From NCBI GenBank assembly GCA_013239625.1, contig MU056737.1:2683846-2747845 (forward strand): a DNA stretch of 64,000 nt, written 5' to 3'. This document shows positions 12,549-25,745 of this stretch, piece by piece. The first letter of the stretch is position 1; each line of letters begins with the position of its first letter. This DNA is from Lama guanicoe. Its lineage: Eukaryota. Below the pieces are notes generated by a model, which worked only from the letters and a program-made list of their open reading frames with translations, ran no database searches and was not told where the DNA came from. The translations under genes and the position numbers were made by a program.

Positions 12549-13446
12549 GACACTGACTTCTTCTCGGTGAGTCACCTGACGCTGTGTTCTAGATTCCCAG
12601 AAAAGTCAGGTAAAGCCTCAGCTAGCCAAACCCCACTGACGCCTGTGCTAGACTGGGGGGGGGGTTGCCCCCTACTGTTTACATGGAAAGAGTAATAACA
12701 ACACAGCGTCAAGGAGAAGAGCTTCAGGAGCGAAAGAGGTTTAATCCAATCCCTTTTTTGACACCATCATTCTGGGCAATGAGAACATATTTATACTGAT
12801 GATCTTAGGCTGTATAAAACCCTTAGGCACCGATAATTGCATGTTGTGCACCTTGTCCTATTTAATAAACCAGAAAATAGAAAACACAGAGATATTTCCC
12901 CAATACGGACTGAAACTGAAAGCTCTTCTCCTTAATTAGAAAATTCACCAAGAGAATCTGTTTCACTGAAAGTTCTCCTTCCTCCGGAGAATTCCAGCTA
13001 ATTGCACTTGAGCGTATGAACCATATGTAGTCAAAAGTGCTCATTGTGAAAAATCAAACTGATAAAAATGTGATTCATTTTGTAAGAACAGCAAAATACA
13101 CTTTACTCCACATTTCCAGTCCACTTGGTTTGAATCACAAGAAATCTCTATTTAGATTCGGGGTGAGGTCCCGCGCGAGGGGCACGCCGGGGCTGCTGGC
13201 TGTGGGCGTGGTTCCTGCCATCCAGCGCGAGGACAGCCGAAGCACTGCAGGTGCCTGGAAATGAGGGAGGGCATTGGTCTTGGTGAATCACGATGAAGTC
13301 GGGGCAAGTCCTATGAAACTTGGACATCCGACAGCTGGTTGTTTGAAAACCAACACACTTGCTGCTCACGGAGCCCTGCTGTGTACATGGTCCTGTTGAA
13401 GATGCGGAGGGGAAAGCAAGGGTTAGGAGACGCATCCCTGCCTGCT

Positions 13447-13863
13447 TGTTGCCAAAAAATGGCCTCTGTGCCCGCAGCCGAAATAGAAACGGACACAGAG
13501 TTTTGGGAGGACAGAAAAGAAACAGCTTCATTGCTCTGCCAGCCAAAGGGAGTCGCAGCAGGCCCACGCCTTAGAGACCGAGCTCCCCTGGGAGGGGCCA
13601 TCAGGGAGTCGCACAGGAAGAGTCCGGAGACCAGGGCTTCTGATCGGGTCCTGTGTGCGCAGGGGCCATGCTTCTCTCCTCCAGATGGTACCTCGCTGGA
13701 CTGATGTCCCCGAGTCCGGTGATGGTGCCTTCTGCTCCTAGAGGTGATGAGTGGGGCCCTCCAACATCTTGGTGCCTGGGACGACAGGTGCCCAAGGGGG
13801 AGGGCGAGTGCTCTAAGGGGGAGAGAGAAAAAATAACATGCAGTTCAAAATCAGGCTACAGTG
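13447..13863 (-). mobile_element. Probable ERV solo LTR, apparently inserted into an L2 remnant
   Basis: Begins tgttgcc. The stretch gaaatagaaacggacacagagttttgggagg..aaaagaaacagcttcattgctctgccagccaaaggg resembles antisense U5/R of artiodactyl ERV LTRs, with a degenerate polyA signal. Right boundary uncertain. Confidence 0.55.
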
Positions 13864-16639
13864 TGCTTCCGTGTGAGGGAAGCCAGTCTAGGTCACCGTA
13901 ATACAGTGACAGATACTGTGCGGTTACACACTCCAGAGGGAGCTATAGAGAAACACGTGCAGGTGTTGGAGAGGAGGAAACTGCGGCAGCAAAGACTCCA
14001 CGGAGCACAGAGAAAGTGCTGAGGACGTTTGGGAGTGGCGAGGGCAGGGATGCTGCAGCCACCGGGGGCCCTGAGGAGGAAGGTTTGTCCAGGCTGAGAG
14101 GAAGCTGCGGGCTCGTTTGGGAGACAGAAGAGAGCTGAGCCTGGCGAGAGGAAATCTGGAATGGGGAGTGACTTGGAGGGTGGCGATGGCTTTGAATCCT
14201 GAGCAGAGGGCTTCGGAGCTTAATCCTGGCTGCTCGGAAAAAGAGGAAAACCTGGGGTGACTTCTGAAAGGAAAGAAGAGTTACTCTTGCTCAGCGAATA
14301 TGTGTTGAATTTTAACACAGTTCTCCGACAAGAAGGAATGCTGCGCTAGGACAATTTCCCAGCGTTTTCATTGGTGCAGCTGCCAACATGATGCAGGTGG
14401 AGCAGGATGACGATGAAGGACTTGAGCTGGGAGACAGCTCTGCGCTCAATAGCCCCTCCAGACGGCCCCCTGCGGCCCGTCGCACGTGGAGAGCTTCAGT
14501 ATGGACGGTGCTGTCAAACGAGACCTCGGAGGGCCCTTCCCATCGTCCCCAGGCTGCCCGCGGCCCTCTGAGGGGGTTCCGACTTCCTCTGCTTTGGGAC
14601 CTCCTACCTCTTTGCCCTTTAGCCACGTCCAGAAAACTTTTCACCACAACCTCCTCCAAAGTCACTCTTCCTGTGTTTTCTAACGTCTCTGGGCTTACTA
14701 GATTCCATCCCTTTGAGCTTTCAAAAATTCCAGAAATTCTGCTTTCCAGGAGTTTCCCTTCTTGGTCGTGCCTTGGGGAGCGTGGCCTCGGGCTTGCTCT
14801 CCACACTGAATAAAGCCGCACGGCCGCGTGGGCGGCAGCAGGGGCACTGGCCGCAGCCGGGCCTCCCGCGCCTCCAGGTTGCTGGGTCACGCCCCCGCCT
14901 TCTGGAGCCACGGGGCTCCACTGGCATCAGGGGCTGCAGGGTGGCGGTCCGGGCCAGCAAACCAGGACCCCTTCCATCGCCCGTGTTCCGGTGAAGTTGA
15001 TGGACATTTCTTTCATTGAAAAAGTGAATGTGTCTAGTTCTGCAAAGAGGTGACATGGCCACAGGAGGGGAGGGGGGAGAGGCCAGAAAGCAGAGGACAT
15101 GAGGTCTCATCAAACTGGAATCTGGTCTCTGAGAAGACAGAATGAACCCCAAGGAGAAACTTGGGGTGCCAGATTCCCTATTTCTGATCAGGTCGTGGGC
15201 ACGGGGGGGGAAGGTGAATGTCGATAATCCCGTGGGAGGATCTGCCACTGCCAGGGACGGCTGGTTTGCACACCACGGACCCACACTCACCGCCTGCCTT
15301 CCCGGCCCTGGCGGGCACGGTCTGCAGACACCGGGCGTCTTGATAAAGGAGCGAGTCTCCTCCTTCGCGGCTCCCAGAAGGCTCTGAGGGGGCCTCTGCT
15401 TGGGCCGGGGCCCGGTGGACGCGGCTTCCTGGCCCTGCAGGCCCAGCAGGTGCTGCTGCATCTCTGCCGGCCCCTCGCCCGGGTCCCAGGCTGACTTCTG
15501 GGCAGAAAAAGGGAAACGGACTCTCCCGAGTCTGCGCTGATTTTTGTCGCTTCCGGAGAGCCCTCACCTGTGCTCTGAGTGAACTCTGCAGCTTTCCCCT
15601 GGAAGGCCCTGCAGGTGGGCGAGGGGCTGGGCCATCAGCACAGATCAGACGGCGCCTGCTGCCCCGGGGAAGGCGAAGCCCCCCCTCCCCCGGAACCAGA
15701 GCCTGACATGACGGGTGTGCGCTGAGCCACCGGTGCACGGCAGTGGGCGAGGAGAGGAGGCCCCAGCGCTCACCCAGTGTCTCGTCTTACCGAGACCCAG
15801 CACCCTGGGGTTTCCCACCCTCCCCGTGCCCGGCGTGGTGTCACCACGGATGAAACTGAGCACCTTTCTTACCCTTTACTCCCATATCTTCGCCGGATGT
15901 CAGAGGGAAACAGAAAACATCTTCAAAGAAAGCGCACTCTTTCATCCTACATGTTTCCTTTTGTTCTTCTTCCACTAAAAATAAAGCCAGGGTGAAAAGG
16001 GATTAAATATCTCTCATAGCAAATTTTACTTATTCCAGTTATTAGTCGGCTACGGTCTGATTTGACTCAGAAGATTTATCGTAGGCTTCAAACGTGTAAA
16101 AGAAGTTAAAATTTAGTCATGCATCTCACCCTTGGGCAAGCCGGTGAGAACGGGTGCTGAAATTAAATTCGGATGTGTGCTTGTGTCCGGAAGCTTCCCA
16201 GCCCATTTCTGGCTGAAGCGAACGCTTTGAGAGGCAGGAGGCCTGAGCAGGAAGCTAACACTTAATCCAGCTGCGTCCTTCCTTGAGAACGGTCCGTGGG
16301 AACTGCCATTCCTGCATCTCCCATTTAAAATGTCAATATTTACTCTTTTTCCTGTGCTTGCAAAACACCCCCTCACTGCTCTCTTGCATGACACTGACAA
16401 TTTTTTTTAGAATTTCTTTTTTTAAAAAACTGAAATTCAGTCTTGTTCTTGGTCTTTATAGCTTGGTTTCCATAAACATTGAGTATTTGCATCATGTTCT
16501 GAAGTGCTTTGGGGAAGCAGGCAGAGGATTTAGATGCAGAAAACACAGGGCAGAATTAACGGTGCCTTGAGAACAGGCTGGTTTATGCTGTGAGAGCTTC
16601 GGGAGGTGATAGATTTTCCCCGGGCCACTGCTTCATAAA

Positions 16640-16785
16640 CGTGGTTGCACAGTGGAGTAGCCTAGGGTGTGTCTTTAAAATACTGACCCCAGGACCCCAC
16701 CCTAGATTCTGGCCACTGGACTGGGCTCTTGGACCTGGCGGGAGGATTTTCAAAAGCTCCTCAGATCAGCCTGATACGCGTCACG
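16640..16785. mobile_element. MER5A-like hAT-Charlie MITE
   Basis: ctttaaaatactgaccccaggaccccaccctagattctg..attttcaaaagctcctcagat. Confidence 0.65.
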
Positions 16786-17354
16786 ATTCCAGCACCAGAC
16801 CACCCACCTCCCCTCCCCAGAGGCTGACGGTTGACACACGTCTTCCGGGGCACCCAGCACTGCGGACGGGCCACCAGCTGACCCAGAGAACAGCTCGAGA
16901 ACCTCTTTGCTTCCTCCCGCGTCGCTCTCCCAGGTCAGGGCGTCCTCCCAGCCGTCTCCCAGCTGGTCCACTCCATCCACCTCCGTGGAGGTGACGGGCT
17001 GGCTCCTGCTGGTCTTCCTCACCCACACGGCCTCGGGCACCTGGCGAAGACTCGTATTTACCCGTCTGCTCCCTCCTCCCGCCTCCGCCCAGGGCTTCCA
17101 CTGCCCCTGGGACCCCGCAGCCTGGAGCAGGGACCCTGGGGAGCTGGCACCCGCCGCCCCGGCTTCCTCACCTGCTCCTCCTCCTCCCGCCTGGCAGGAC
17201 CCGGCACGGGGGCCCTGGACCAGTTCCTCCAACTCCCCAGGCCCACGCTTGCCTCTGGGTTTCTCTCAAGCCGCTTCCTCCGTGTGACGTAACTTCTCAG
17301 TCCCCTTTCTTCATCCTGCTCCTCACTCAGGTCTCAACCTAAAAATACTTTCTC

Positions 17355-17698
17355 AAAATCCTGACACCTGCTACAGCACAGATGGACCAGGAGGACACTC
17401 TGCTCGGTGAAGTAAGGCGTCACAGGAGGGCAGCGCTGTGCTGTTCTGCCTGCGTGAGGTCCCTAGGGGAGTCAGACTCGGAGAGACAGAAAGTTGGTTG
17501 CTGGGCTCTGGGGACGGAGACGGGAATGGGGAGTCGGTGTTTAGCGGGGACGGGTTCTAGTTCTGCGAGATGAGAAGACTTCTGGTGGTGACGGCCGCAC
17601 AGCGGTGTGGACACACTTCCCGCCACGGAACCACACCCTTAAAAATGGTTAAGGTGGAAAATTTTGTCGTGTATGTTTTATTCCAGTTAAAAAAAAAT
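17355..17698 (+). mobile_element. L1MB-type 3' end with A tail
   Basis: ctgacacctgctacagcacagatgga..gtcagactcggagagacagaaagt..gggaatggggagt..cttaaaaatggttaaggtggaaaattttg..aaaaaaaaa. Confidence 0.85.
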
Positions 17699-17709
17699 TA
17701 TTTTCAATC

Positions 17710-17950
17710 AGTTTTTCAGGGAATCCTCACCTGTCCTTCGGCCTGAGTTAGTACTGCTACATGCTCCCAGAGCTCCACCTGCCCCATCGGGGCATTTCTC
17801 TGTCAAAGCTTGTCTTCTTTACCAGATTGTAAGTGGAATAAAAGCACATAATATGATCCAGCCCACCTCACTTCTCGCTGTACTCTCCCGAGACGGGCCC
17901 AGAGCAGGTGCCCACTGAATTATTTTCAATAAATGTCGAGTGAACAAATC
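17710..17950 (+). mobile_element. L2 3' end remnant
   Basis: accagattgtaag..cccagagcaggtgccc..tcaataaatgtcgagtgaacaaat. Confidence 0.5.
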
Positions 17951-18274
17951 TCAGATTTCAGGGTTCCCAGCCCACCCGTCATAGTTGCCAGGAAAAGCAC
18001 AATTGCTCAGGTGGCCGATGCAGTTTGATGTTAATGTACCCAAGAGTATCAGACAAGCTGCGCGGTCGTGGCAGGCGGTGACGCTGGGTGAGCCATGTGG
18101 AGTCTGCGTCTCGGGCTGGCCTTAAATGTGGGTGACGCTGGAGGGGGCTGCGCCCCAAGTGATCCTGAGTAGAAGGGTAGAACCCTTGTTCTACCAAATA
18201 AACGCAGCCGGAAAGCGCAGACCGCAGAGCTGGTTTGGGGCGTTTTCAGAGCACCCTGTTGGTAAGCACCGCCT

Positions 18275-18282
18275 TGACTAAC
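18275..18282 (+). promoter_or_regulatory. Branch-point sequence for exon 8 (TGACTAAC, branch A at 18281)
   Basis: Near-perfect match to TACTAAC, 28 nt upstream of the exon and directly before the pyrimidine tract. Confidence 0.75.
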
Positions 18283-18308
18283 GCTGTTTCCTTCTCTTTC
18301 CAAATCAG

Positions 18309-18429
18309 ATATTTATCTTTGAGAACAACATCTACTACTGCGCGCACGTCGGGAAGCAGGCCATCCGCGTGGTCTCGACAGGGCGGGAAGGCGTCATCTA
18401 CAATGGCCTCAGCGACTGGCTGTACGAAG
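18309..18429 (+). CDS. DPP6: DPP6 coding exon (human exon 8 equivalent), [40 protein letters not shown](E)
   Basis: Polypyrimidine tract, then caaatcag|ATA; ends GAAG|gtaggg. 121 nt, phase 0 to 1. Carries the DPP4-family NGxxDWxYEE motif. Not in the ORF track. Confidence 0.96.
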
Positions 18430-19200
18430 GTAGGGCCCGCGGTGCGGCCGGCGGGGTGCTCCCGGGGTCGCTGCTGCCGCCTTGGGGTGGGCGGCGGCCG
18501 TGTCTCCTCTGACTCCAGCTGTGAGTTCAGCTCCCGTTTCTGGAGGGTCTGCTAAATGCCGAGGATCCTGCGGAGCCCCGGGAGCAGCAGGCGGCCCGCG
18601 GGGGCCTGCGTGTGGGCGCACCTGGCGCGGGTGTGGGGCCCTCCTGCAGCCCGGCCCCCCGGAGGGCGGGGGGCGCGGCCGGGCGGGTTCCTTGTGCCCA
18701 GGGTGACTCCGGGAGCGGCCCCGGTCGCAGGCACGCGGGTCTGCCGCTCCCCGTCTGAGGGGCTGAGGGCCTGGTTCTGGTCCTGCCGGGGGTCCAGAGC
18801 GGGAAAGGAAAGAAGAGGCCAGCGCTTCGGAAGGAAGGCGGCAGAGTGCCTTGCCGCCGAGCGCAGCCGCCGCGGTGGGCGTCTGCTGCCCCTGGCCTTC
18901 CTCTGGCGCCGGGGGCCCCGGCGGCTCGCAGGAGGAAACAGCTACGGATCTGCGCGAGCGGCTCTCTTGTCAAACGCTTATAGTCCGTCTCCCTGCTCAT
19001 GAGAACCTGGCTGCCCCAGTAACTGCCGCGTGTTGACCGCGGGTGGTGCAGGCGCCACGCCAAGCCCTCGGGTGTCTGTTACCTCACGCCTTAGTCCTGG
19101 CTGGTACGGCGATCACCACCACCGCACGGCCCGGTCAGCACCGGGTCTCCTGGTCCCGGGGCCTGGGAAGTCCAGGTCAGGGCTCCAGCAGGTCTGGTGT
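18330..19200. promoter_or_regulatory. CpG-island-like block over exon 8 and the start of intron 8
   Basis: Very high GC with dense CpG (e.g. ggagggcggggggcgcggccgggcggg, gccgccgagcgcagccgccgcgg). Confidence 0.7.
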
Positions 19201-19391
19201 CCGCGAGGGCTCTCCTCCTGGCCTGCAGACAGCCACCTTCCCTCCGTGTCCGTGATGGAGAGAGACAGGGAGACAGAGACGGGGAGGAAGCTCTGGCCTC
19301 TCCATCCTCCTAGAAGGAGGCAAACCCCACCTTGGGGGTTTTGGCTTCAAGGTGAATTCCTGTGGGGCCGCAAACATCGGGTCCACAGTGC
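19090..19391 (-). mobile_element. MaLR LTR (MLT1A/B-like), strongly GC-drifted
   Basis: ctgggaagtccaggtcagggctccagcaggtctggtgtccgcgagggct..gcagacagccaccttc..caaacatcgggtccacagtg is the antisense of the family seen at 6862. Confidence 0.75.
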
Positions 19392-19851
19392 CCCTGTGGC
19401 AGGACCCTGACGTGAGTGCTGTTCTGGACACTTCACAGAGGAGGCATGGTGACGGTGAGTCAGCTTCCCAAGGTCACACAAGGTCAGAGGAGACGAGTGG
19501 GGAATGTCGCTGTTCAAGTCCAGGACAGTTCCCTTTCCAGAACTGCAGACGTGAGCCAGGAGGCTGGCACCCCCAGCCCCGGGCTGATAAACAGCATGTC
19601 CTTCTCAGCCTTCCCGCCTGAGACCACCTGGTCCCGGCAAGAGCTCTCCGTGCTGGGCTGGGTCAGAGGTCGGGGATACTCGGGACGTGGTGAACCCAGA
19701 AAGTTCCATCTCCCCTCGTGGGGCGCATCCCTCAGGCTGGGGTGCTGCCTGTGTCGTGACACGGGAAGCAGGCAGACGGGTCAGCTCCGTCTCGCTTCTC
19801 TTCACAGTCTCACTGAAGTCACCGAGGCACAGAGTTCTGTGACGTGATTTC

Positions 19852-20052
19852 CTTTGTTTTAATTGAGACGTAAGTTGTATACAGTAAAAGGCGCAGCTGT
19901 GGGGCACAGTGTGATGCATTTGACAAACGTACGCACCATGTAGCCCCGTCAAGACGTAGAACATTCTGTCCTCTCAGGAAATTCCCTTTCCAGTCAACTC
20001 TCTCCCCAACCCGAGACTCCCTTCCAGAGGCCACCAGCATCCTGAGTTCTGT
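19852..20052 (-). mobile_element. Old L1 (L1MB/MC/ME-type) 3' end
   Basis: ttttaattgagacgtaagttgtatacagtaaaa..tttgacaaacgtacgcaccatgtagcc..gtcaagacgtagaacatt..ccagaggccacca. Confidence 0.75.
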
Positions 20053-23000
20053 GCAGCTGGTTTTCTAACAGAATGCGGGACCTCAGGACCGACCAGGGCG
20101 GTCCTCCTCGGTGTGGTCACCCTGGCCCCCCTGTTTATTCCAACACGGCGTCCACTACTCAGAGCACCCACGACCCCAGGTTCTGAGCTGCCGTCTGGGC
20201 CCCGGGGGAGTCGACCTTGAGGTTTGACTGAGCTCACGTGAGGATGTCATGGGAGTGAAATGGACACTGTCCAGCGTCCACTGTGCTCACCAGCTCTGTG
20301 CACAAACAGCCCGCTGAGCGGCAGGCCCCCAGTTCCAGAGGTCAGTGCAGTAACAGCCCAACGGCCCCCAAAGAGAGAGGGCCCTGGAGTCCCGCCAGCA
20401 GGGCCTTGACCGGCTCAGGGAAAAATCTCCTTAAAACATCCACCAGCAGGACATTTGGAATATCTTTTTTAGCATCTTCCTAATAAAATAAGAAGCTCAT
20501 TGCCTTGCAGTTCAAGGTATTAGCTTTTGCTTTAGCAAATCCACTGAAAGGAAATTTTTCTTCGAGGCATTTACAGGAAATTGCGTCAGCGTGGTAACAA
20601 GGCCCCAGATATTTTGTATCAGTCACAGCGGACGCGGCGGCTTAATCTGCTCAGTGCTGCCCCCTGGAAGGTTGCAGACCTGGTGCCTGGACTTCTGAAG
20701 CTGGGGGCCTGGGAGCCCCGGGGAATCTTGGCTCCTTTTTTCACAATAGGAAGGTAGACTTTGAAGATCGCCTTGTTCTGATCTGTGGCTTAACTGTTTC
20801 ACTTCCAGATGACCCTTAAAAAAAAAAAAAGGGAAAAAGAGTAGGAGGAAAAATACCCTGAAAGCTTTTGCAGGGGCTGGATGTGCCTGGAGATGCTGGT
20901 TCTGAGAAGCTAAGCTATGTAAATTCTAAACGCCCCTGCAGCCCGTGTGCTTGTTGGCAGCCAAGGGCCGTATTGATTTGTTTTGTTTTCTGAAAAAGGA
21001 TCTTAAACGTATTGAACCTTTCCAGAACTTTGAGGGCTGAGAGAGAGAAGAGGTAGGAGACACGGGGGCTGCCAGGAATGTCCGTCCCCCGCTCACAGGT
21101 CTACACCGCCACCCTCTCCGGTGGGAAACGCCCCCCCATCACCGGAAGCAACCCCCGCAGGCAGAAGTGCCCCCTGACGGCTCGGGCGTGTGTCTCAGTG
21201 ACTCTCCAGACGCCCTGCCTCGTGGTGGCTGCAGGCTGGTTCTGTAAGCAAAGTGCGTGTCTCTACACTATACTCCTGGGCCGATGTCCTGCAGTTACAC
21301 AGAATGTTGATTTTAATGTGAGACTAAAGACGACTTGAAAGTGCCCTGCAGCTGTTTACTGCAGCTGGCTCTCCAGAACTAACGTTAAGATGTTACTAGA
21401 GCTCTCTGAGAACTTAAAACGAGGGTTCTGTGAAGAATCTGCACGTTCACACAGGCCTTAGCAAGATGTGGCAGAGCTCCCTCCACGCAGGCGTTTGGGC
21501 AGCGAGCTGGCTTGCCCGCGGTTTTACGAGAGGCTCCTGGTCGCCGTGTCGGAGCTGACCATGTTCTCCAGTCGCTGCCGCTTGTTTCTGTTATTTCCAG
21601 TTTCATCATTTCATCCCGCACACGAGGTACAGTGGTACAGCACAAAATCTGGGGCCAAAAGCTTTTCAGTAATGAAACTTAAAGCCGTTACACTTTTCCC
21701 CTGAACCGTGAGACATCTGCACCCCTATTGCCAAAGCGGCCACGTGCATAACCCGGAAGAAATATCAGTGATCTGTCATTGTTATGAAACGGCTCGTTCC
21801 CCTGCAGAAAGCTGGAGTGTGTCGGCTCACTGGAGAGCACCCCCCGCCACGTGTGTACAAATCCTCATCTCCTCAGCTCCTCTGGGGGCCGGTGGAGGAA
21901 GGGTGGGGGCGCGAACTTGAGAAGCCTGACATTGTCAGGGGAGCTGAGAAATGCCTGAAGGGTGTTACTCGGTGTCTGGTTTGGTGGATGAAACGCGGGG
22001 TGGAATTTTAACCTGAACTAGTCCAGAGCTTGACAGGACCTGGAGACATGGTCAGACGCGGGGACGCTGTGGGTGGGCGGCCTGGCCGGGTGGGTGTCAG
22101 CAGGAGTGAAGCTGAGCACGGCCCCCCCACCCTGGCTTGTGCTCTGGTGTCAGCCCGTCCGCTCGGCTTTAGGGCCCACGCGGTCAGGCGGCGCCCAGTT
22201 GACAGTGACCAGGGGTAGAAGCGTGAGGCCGGGAAGCGTGTGTCCTTGCCTGCTCCTCTCTGTTCTTTCTCCTTTCTCCCTGCCTCCCCTTTCCCGTAGC
22301 CCCGGTGCTGCTGAAGGCCCCCTCCCCCTGGGGGTATGGCCCCCATGATGCTCTGTCCTCTGCGCACCTGCCCGGGAGACCCCCGGGCTCCTCCCCCCGT
22401 CCCTGAGCTGGTGCTGGTGTGGAGGGGGTGGGAGACAGTGGGGCCTCTTCCCAGAGCTCTGCAGGGGAGCATGTGTTGTGCATCCTGAGTTGGAGCTCAG
22501 AATGCCCTGGAAGCACTGCTTGCTGGAGTCAGACTGCGCGGACAGCCGCTAGCGCCTTGCTAGGCTGAAGTCGTCAGAGCTACCCGTCTGACACCCGCGC
22601 CCGGTCGTGAGGTCCTTACCCTTCACGTTCAAACTTCCGTCCAGAGGCTGCAAAGCCCGGCAAGGCTGGGGCAAGGCTGGGGCGAGCGTGCAATTCTTCA
22701 CATGGCCTCCTCGGGCGTCTCTCCCAGAGTCAGCAGCTCCTTGTGCAAGGAGGCGGTGCTCTGAGAGGCCTCAGCCAGAGGCCAGGGCCCAGGTGGACGG
22801 GCCGAGTCCCTTCCTGAGTGTGTTTTTGGGGTGACCCCACACCCTATGATCCGGGTTGTCTGAGGAGGCAGGGAGTGGATTGGGGAGCGGCTTTCATGGG
22901 AAACATGATCGCGACCGGAGCCCTGAGGAGATCAGTGGGGCGATCTGGGTCTGTATGCCCCACAGGAAATGGATCCCCATAAAGAAGAACTCCTCCCTGA

Positions 23001-23769
23001 CGGCCCCCCAGTCTTTCTAAATTCCCTGCAGGCAAAACGAAATCGCTCAGCACTGTCCCCGTGGACCGTGCCCAGTGGCTCTGAGCTAAACCCGCGCTTT
23101 ATTAAACGTTCGGTGAGCTGTGTGTGCTGTGTCCTGCGTGGACGGTCAGTGTGTCCGGCCCACTCTGCACATGTCATAAGTGGCCTGAGCCGGTTTGGGA
23201 CCGCCCATGGCCACAGCCTTCTAGCGCACAGCCCTCCCCGTGGACTGCTAGACATGGGGGGCACTGCACACCAGATTTTCATCAGTAAGGAAGGGTTTCA
23301 ATGCCTTTTGCGTTATTTTTAAAACCCCCTGACATACATTTAGATATGATGCTCTGCAGTGCCGACAGAGCCACTCTGGAGTGTAGATTCTTCACTGAGC
23401 TCTTCAAGTGCTAACATCTCTGAGGTTCCTGGCTAGGGCACCTCATTGCCAGCGAACCGCATCTGGTGGGGATGAAGGGAACTGACACCCTCGCCATGCA
23501 GTGCTCCGGCTGGCCCGCTGGTTCTAGAGTAAGCGGCACGGCCAGGAGCTCACGGACGTGGAATCACTGTCAGTCCCGTACGCTGTTGTTCAAACCGTGG
23601 CTTTGTGCTTCTTCCAACTCAGTGTTGGTTACTTCTCTGATGTACATGATGGGAGTCTTGGTCAGACCAGGAAGCCTGTATGTTGCCAGAGGCCTGTGAT
23701 CGGCTCCACAAAGCCCTGTCCTGCGAGGGCGGCCGAGCTGCGGTCAGGAGCAGGGCTCTGTGGCACCTG

Positions 23770-23945
23770 TGCCTGCCTCCGAATGTGGCTTCACCCCTTA
23801 CCAGCCGCGTGGACCTGGATGCGTATGTAACTCTTTGTGTCTCTGTTTTCTCATCTGAAAAACGAGAGTCACAGCGATCTGTTCCCTAAGGTCTGATGGA
23901 AATGAAAGGAGCCCACACGGGGACAGTTCTCAGAACAGTGCCCCC
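23770..23945 (+). mobile_element. MIR SINE
   Basis: cccttaccagccgcgtggacctgg..taactctttgtgtctctgttttctcatctgaaaaacgag..cagaacagtgcc. Confidence 0.7.
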
Positions 23946-25639
23946 CAGTGTCAGTTCTGAAAACTCTTAAAGTCTATTCACTCCTGAGTTACTGGCTGTG
24001 ATGCGTTTATAGAGCAAGTGTGTGGCTTCCTACTCAACCTGGAGAGGACATCTGTGCGGAATGAACATCTCTCCAAACCTTCTCTCTGCGTTTAGATTCG
24101 CCAGGCTGCAGTCACATCCCCCGTTTGTCACCAACACCTGACAGGCCTGTTCTCTGTGAGCACCAAAGATCTGATGCCTCGGTCAGAAGGATGCTTCGTG
24201 ATGGCTTGCAGAAATTAAATACTTAAAAATGATATTCAATTCACCCATGACTTCTGAAGAAGGATAAGAAAGGAAGGTGACAGTGGGAACACCTGCAGGT
24301 AATCGGCACCTGGAACGGCCCCCAGACCTGAGAGCCGCTGGCCTGAGCACTGGCTGCACCTGACGGCTGACCTTTCGTGCAGTAACTTAGTGCTTTCGGT
24401 CTTCCGTGTAAGTGGTGCGAGCGCTTTTCCTGTGTAGCCCTCGTCTCCAGCTCCAGAACGTGTCAGTGACCTTGACTGGGGCAGCATGTGCATTTCACCT
24501 TGTGGAGAAACACAGAAGAGCCTAAGGCTGCTCAGCGGGGCCCCGCTCAGCTCCGGCACAGGAGTGGAGGGGATGGCCTTCGTCTTCCCTTGTTCCGTCT
24601 ACACTTTCTCTGACCCAGGGATGGACGGCTTCAGGTGTCTAGGTCCCTGTGCGCAAGAACAGTGGTCGAAGGCAGGGACTGAAACCGTCGGGCCCGTGGG
24701 GAGGTCGTGGCCAGTCTACACGGCCCAGCTGGCTACCGCGGGTCTCCTCGCCCACCGCACTGGGCCCTCCACTTCCTCTCCTCAGGTCCCATCAGATCAC
24801 CCCCAGCCCCACTCCTTATTCCTGCAGTAGGTAAACCGTGACTCCACTGACCACGTAAGCTGTAGACCATGGTCACCAGAGGTGAACCACGACCCCCCGC
24901 TGCCCGCACGTGTCCCAGTCGTGATGGTCCCTCCACATTCTTGCCTGTCCTCTGAGTGCCGCCTCAGCTCCAAAATTTGGACGCAGGAGTCCTAGAAGCC
25001 CTCCCAAGGAAGTCACTTGGCCCCTCTTTCCTGTGTCCCCGGCATTCATTTCTGCAAACTTCCTTCAGCAAATGTCACAACCTGGCTATTGAAAAGCCAC
25101 GGGAACTGTCGCCCTCACTGTGATCGTGAGCTTCAGGTTTATCCGCAGGGATAAAGGAAGCAGGGGAGGCAGCAGGGACGGCGGCCGTCCCCGTCCGAGG
25201 CGCCGACGGGGTGGCGTTGCCGCTGACCGGGCTGCACGCCACCTCCTGATCGTGCGGCTCGCGGTTCACCTGCTGCAGGAACGAGAGCAGGAACCCCCAG
25301 CTCTGGCCGAGCCCGTCCCCTGCCGGGCCTGGTGTAGATAAACGTGTCGAACCCTCTGTGGGAAGGGAGCACTGCTGCTCTCCGGCCCCAGCTGTGGAGA
25401 CTTGGCTCAGCATCGTTAAGTGACTTTCCTGTGGTCGCACAGCCAGTAAGTGGTTCCAGACCTGACCTCCTAACCACCTGCCCACTGTGTGCACGAAAGC
25501 TGCATTCACTTTCCACAGATCGGCTTGATCGGGGCTCAGGTGTTAGTGGACCGTCCATCACCTTGGCGCGGCCTGCTGGGCACTCAGCCTTCGACACACC
25601 CAGCTCCATGAAACGCACCCCTCGGCGCAGATTTGAGAG

Positions 25640-25745
25640 CCCAGCGGCCTGAGTTTGAGTCCTGCACTGCCGCTTAGGGCCCGCCAACCCTGAGAAAGTC
25701 ACGTACCTTGTCTGACCTCAGGTTCCTCATCTGAAAAGGCAGAGC
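25640..25745 (+). mobile_element. MIR SINE
   Basis: ggcctgagtttgagtcctg..aagtcac..tctgacctcaggttcctcatctgaaaagg. Confidence 0.6.

Noticed and set aside
14388-14813. 141-aa ATG ORF with a fair Kozak context and acidic N-terminus
   Set aside because: No recognisable homology or promoter evidence, and the length is within chance for this composition.
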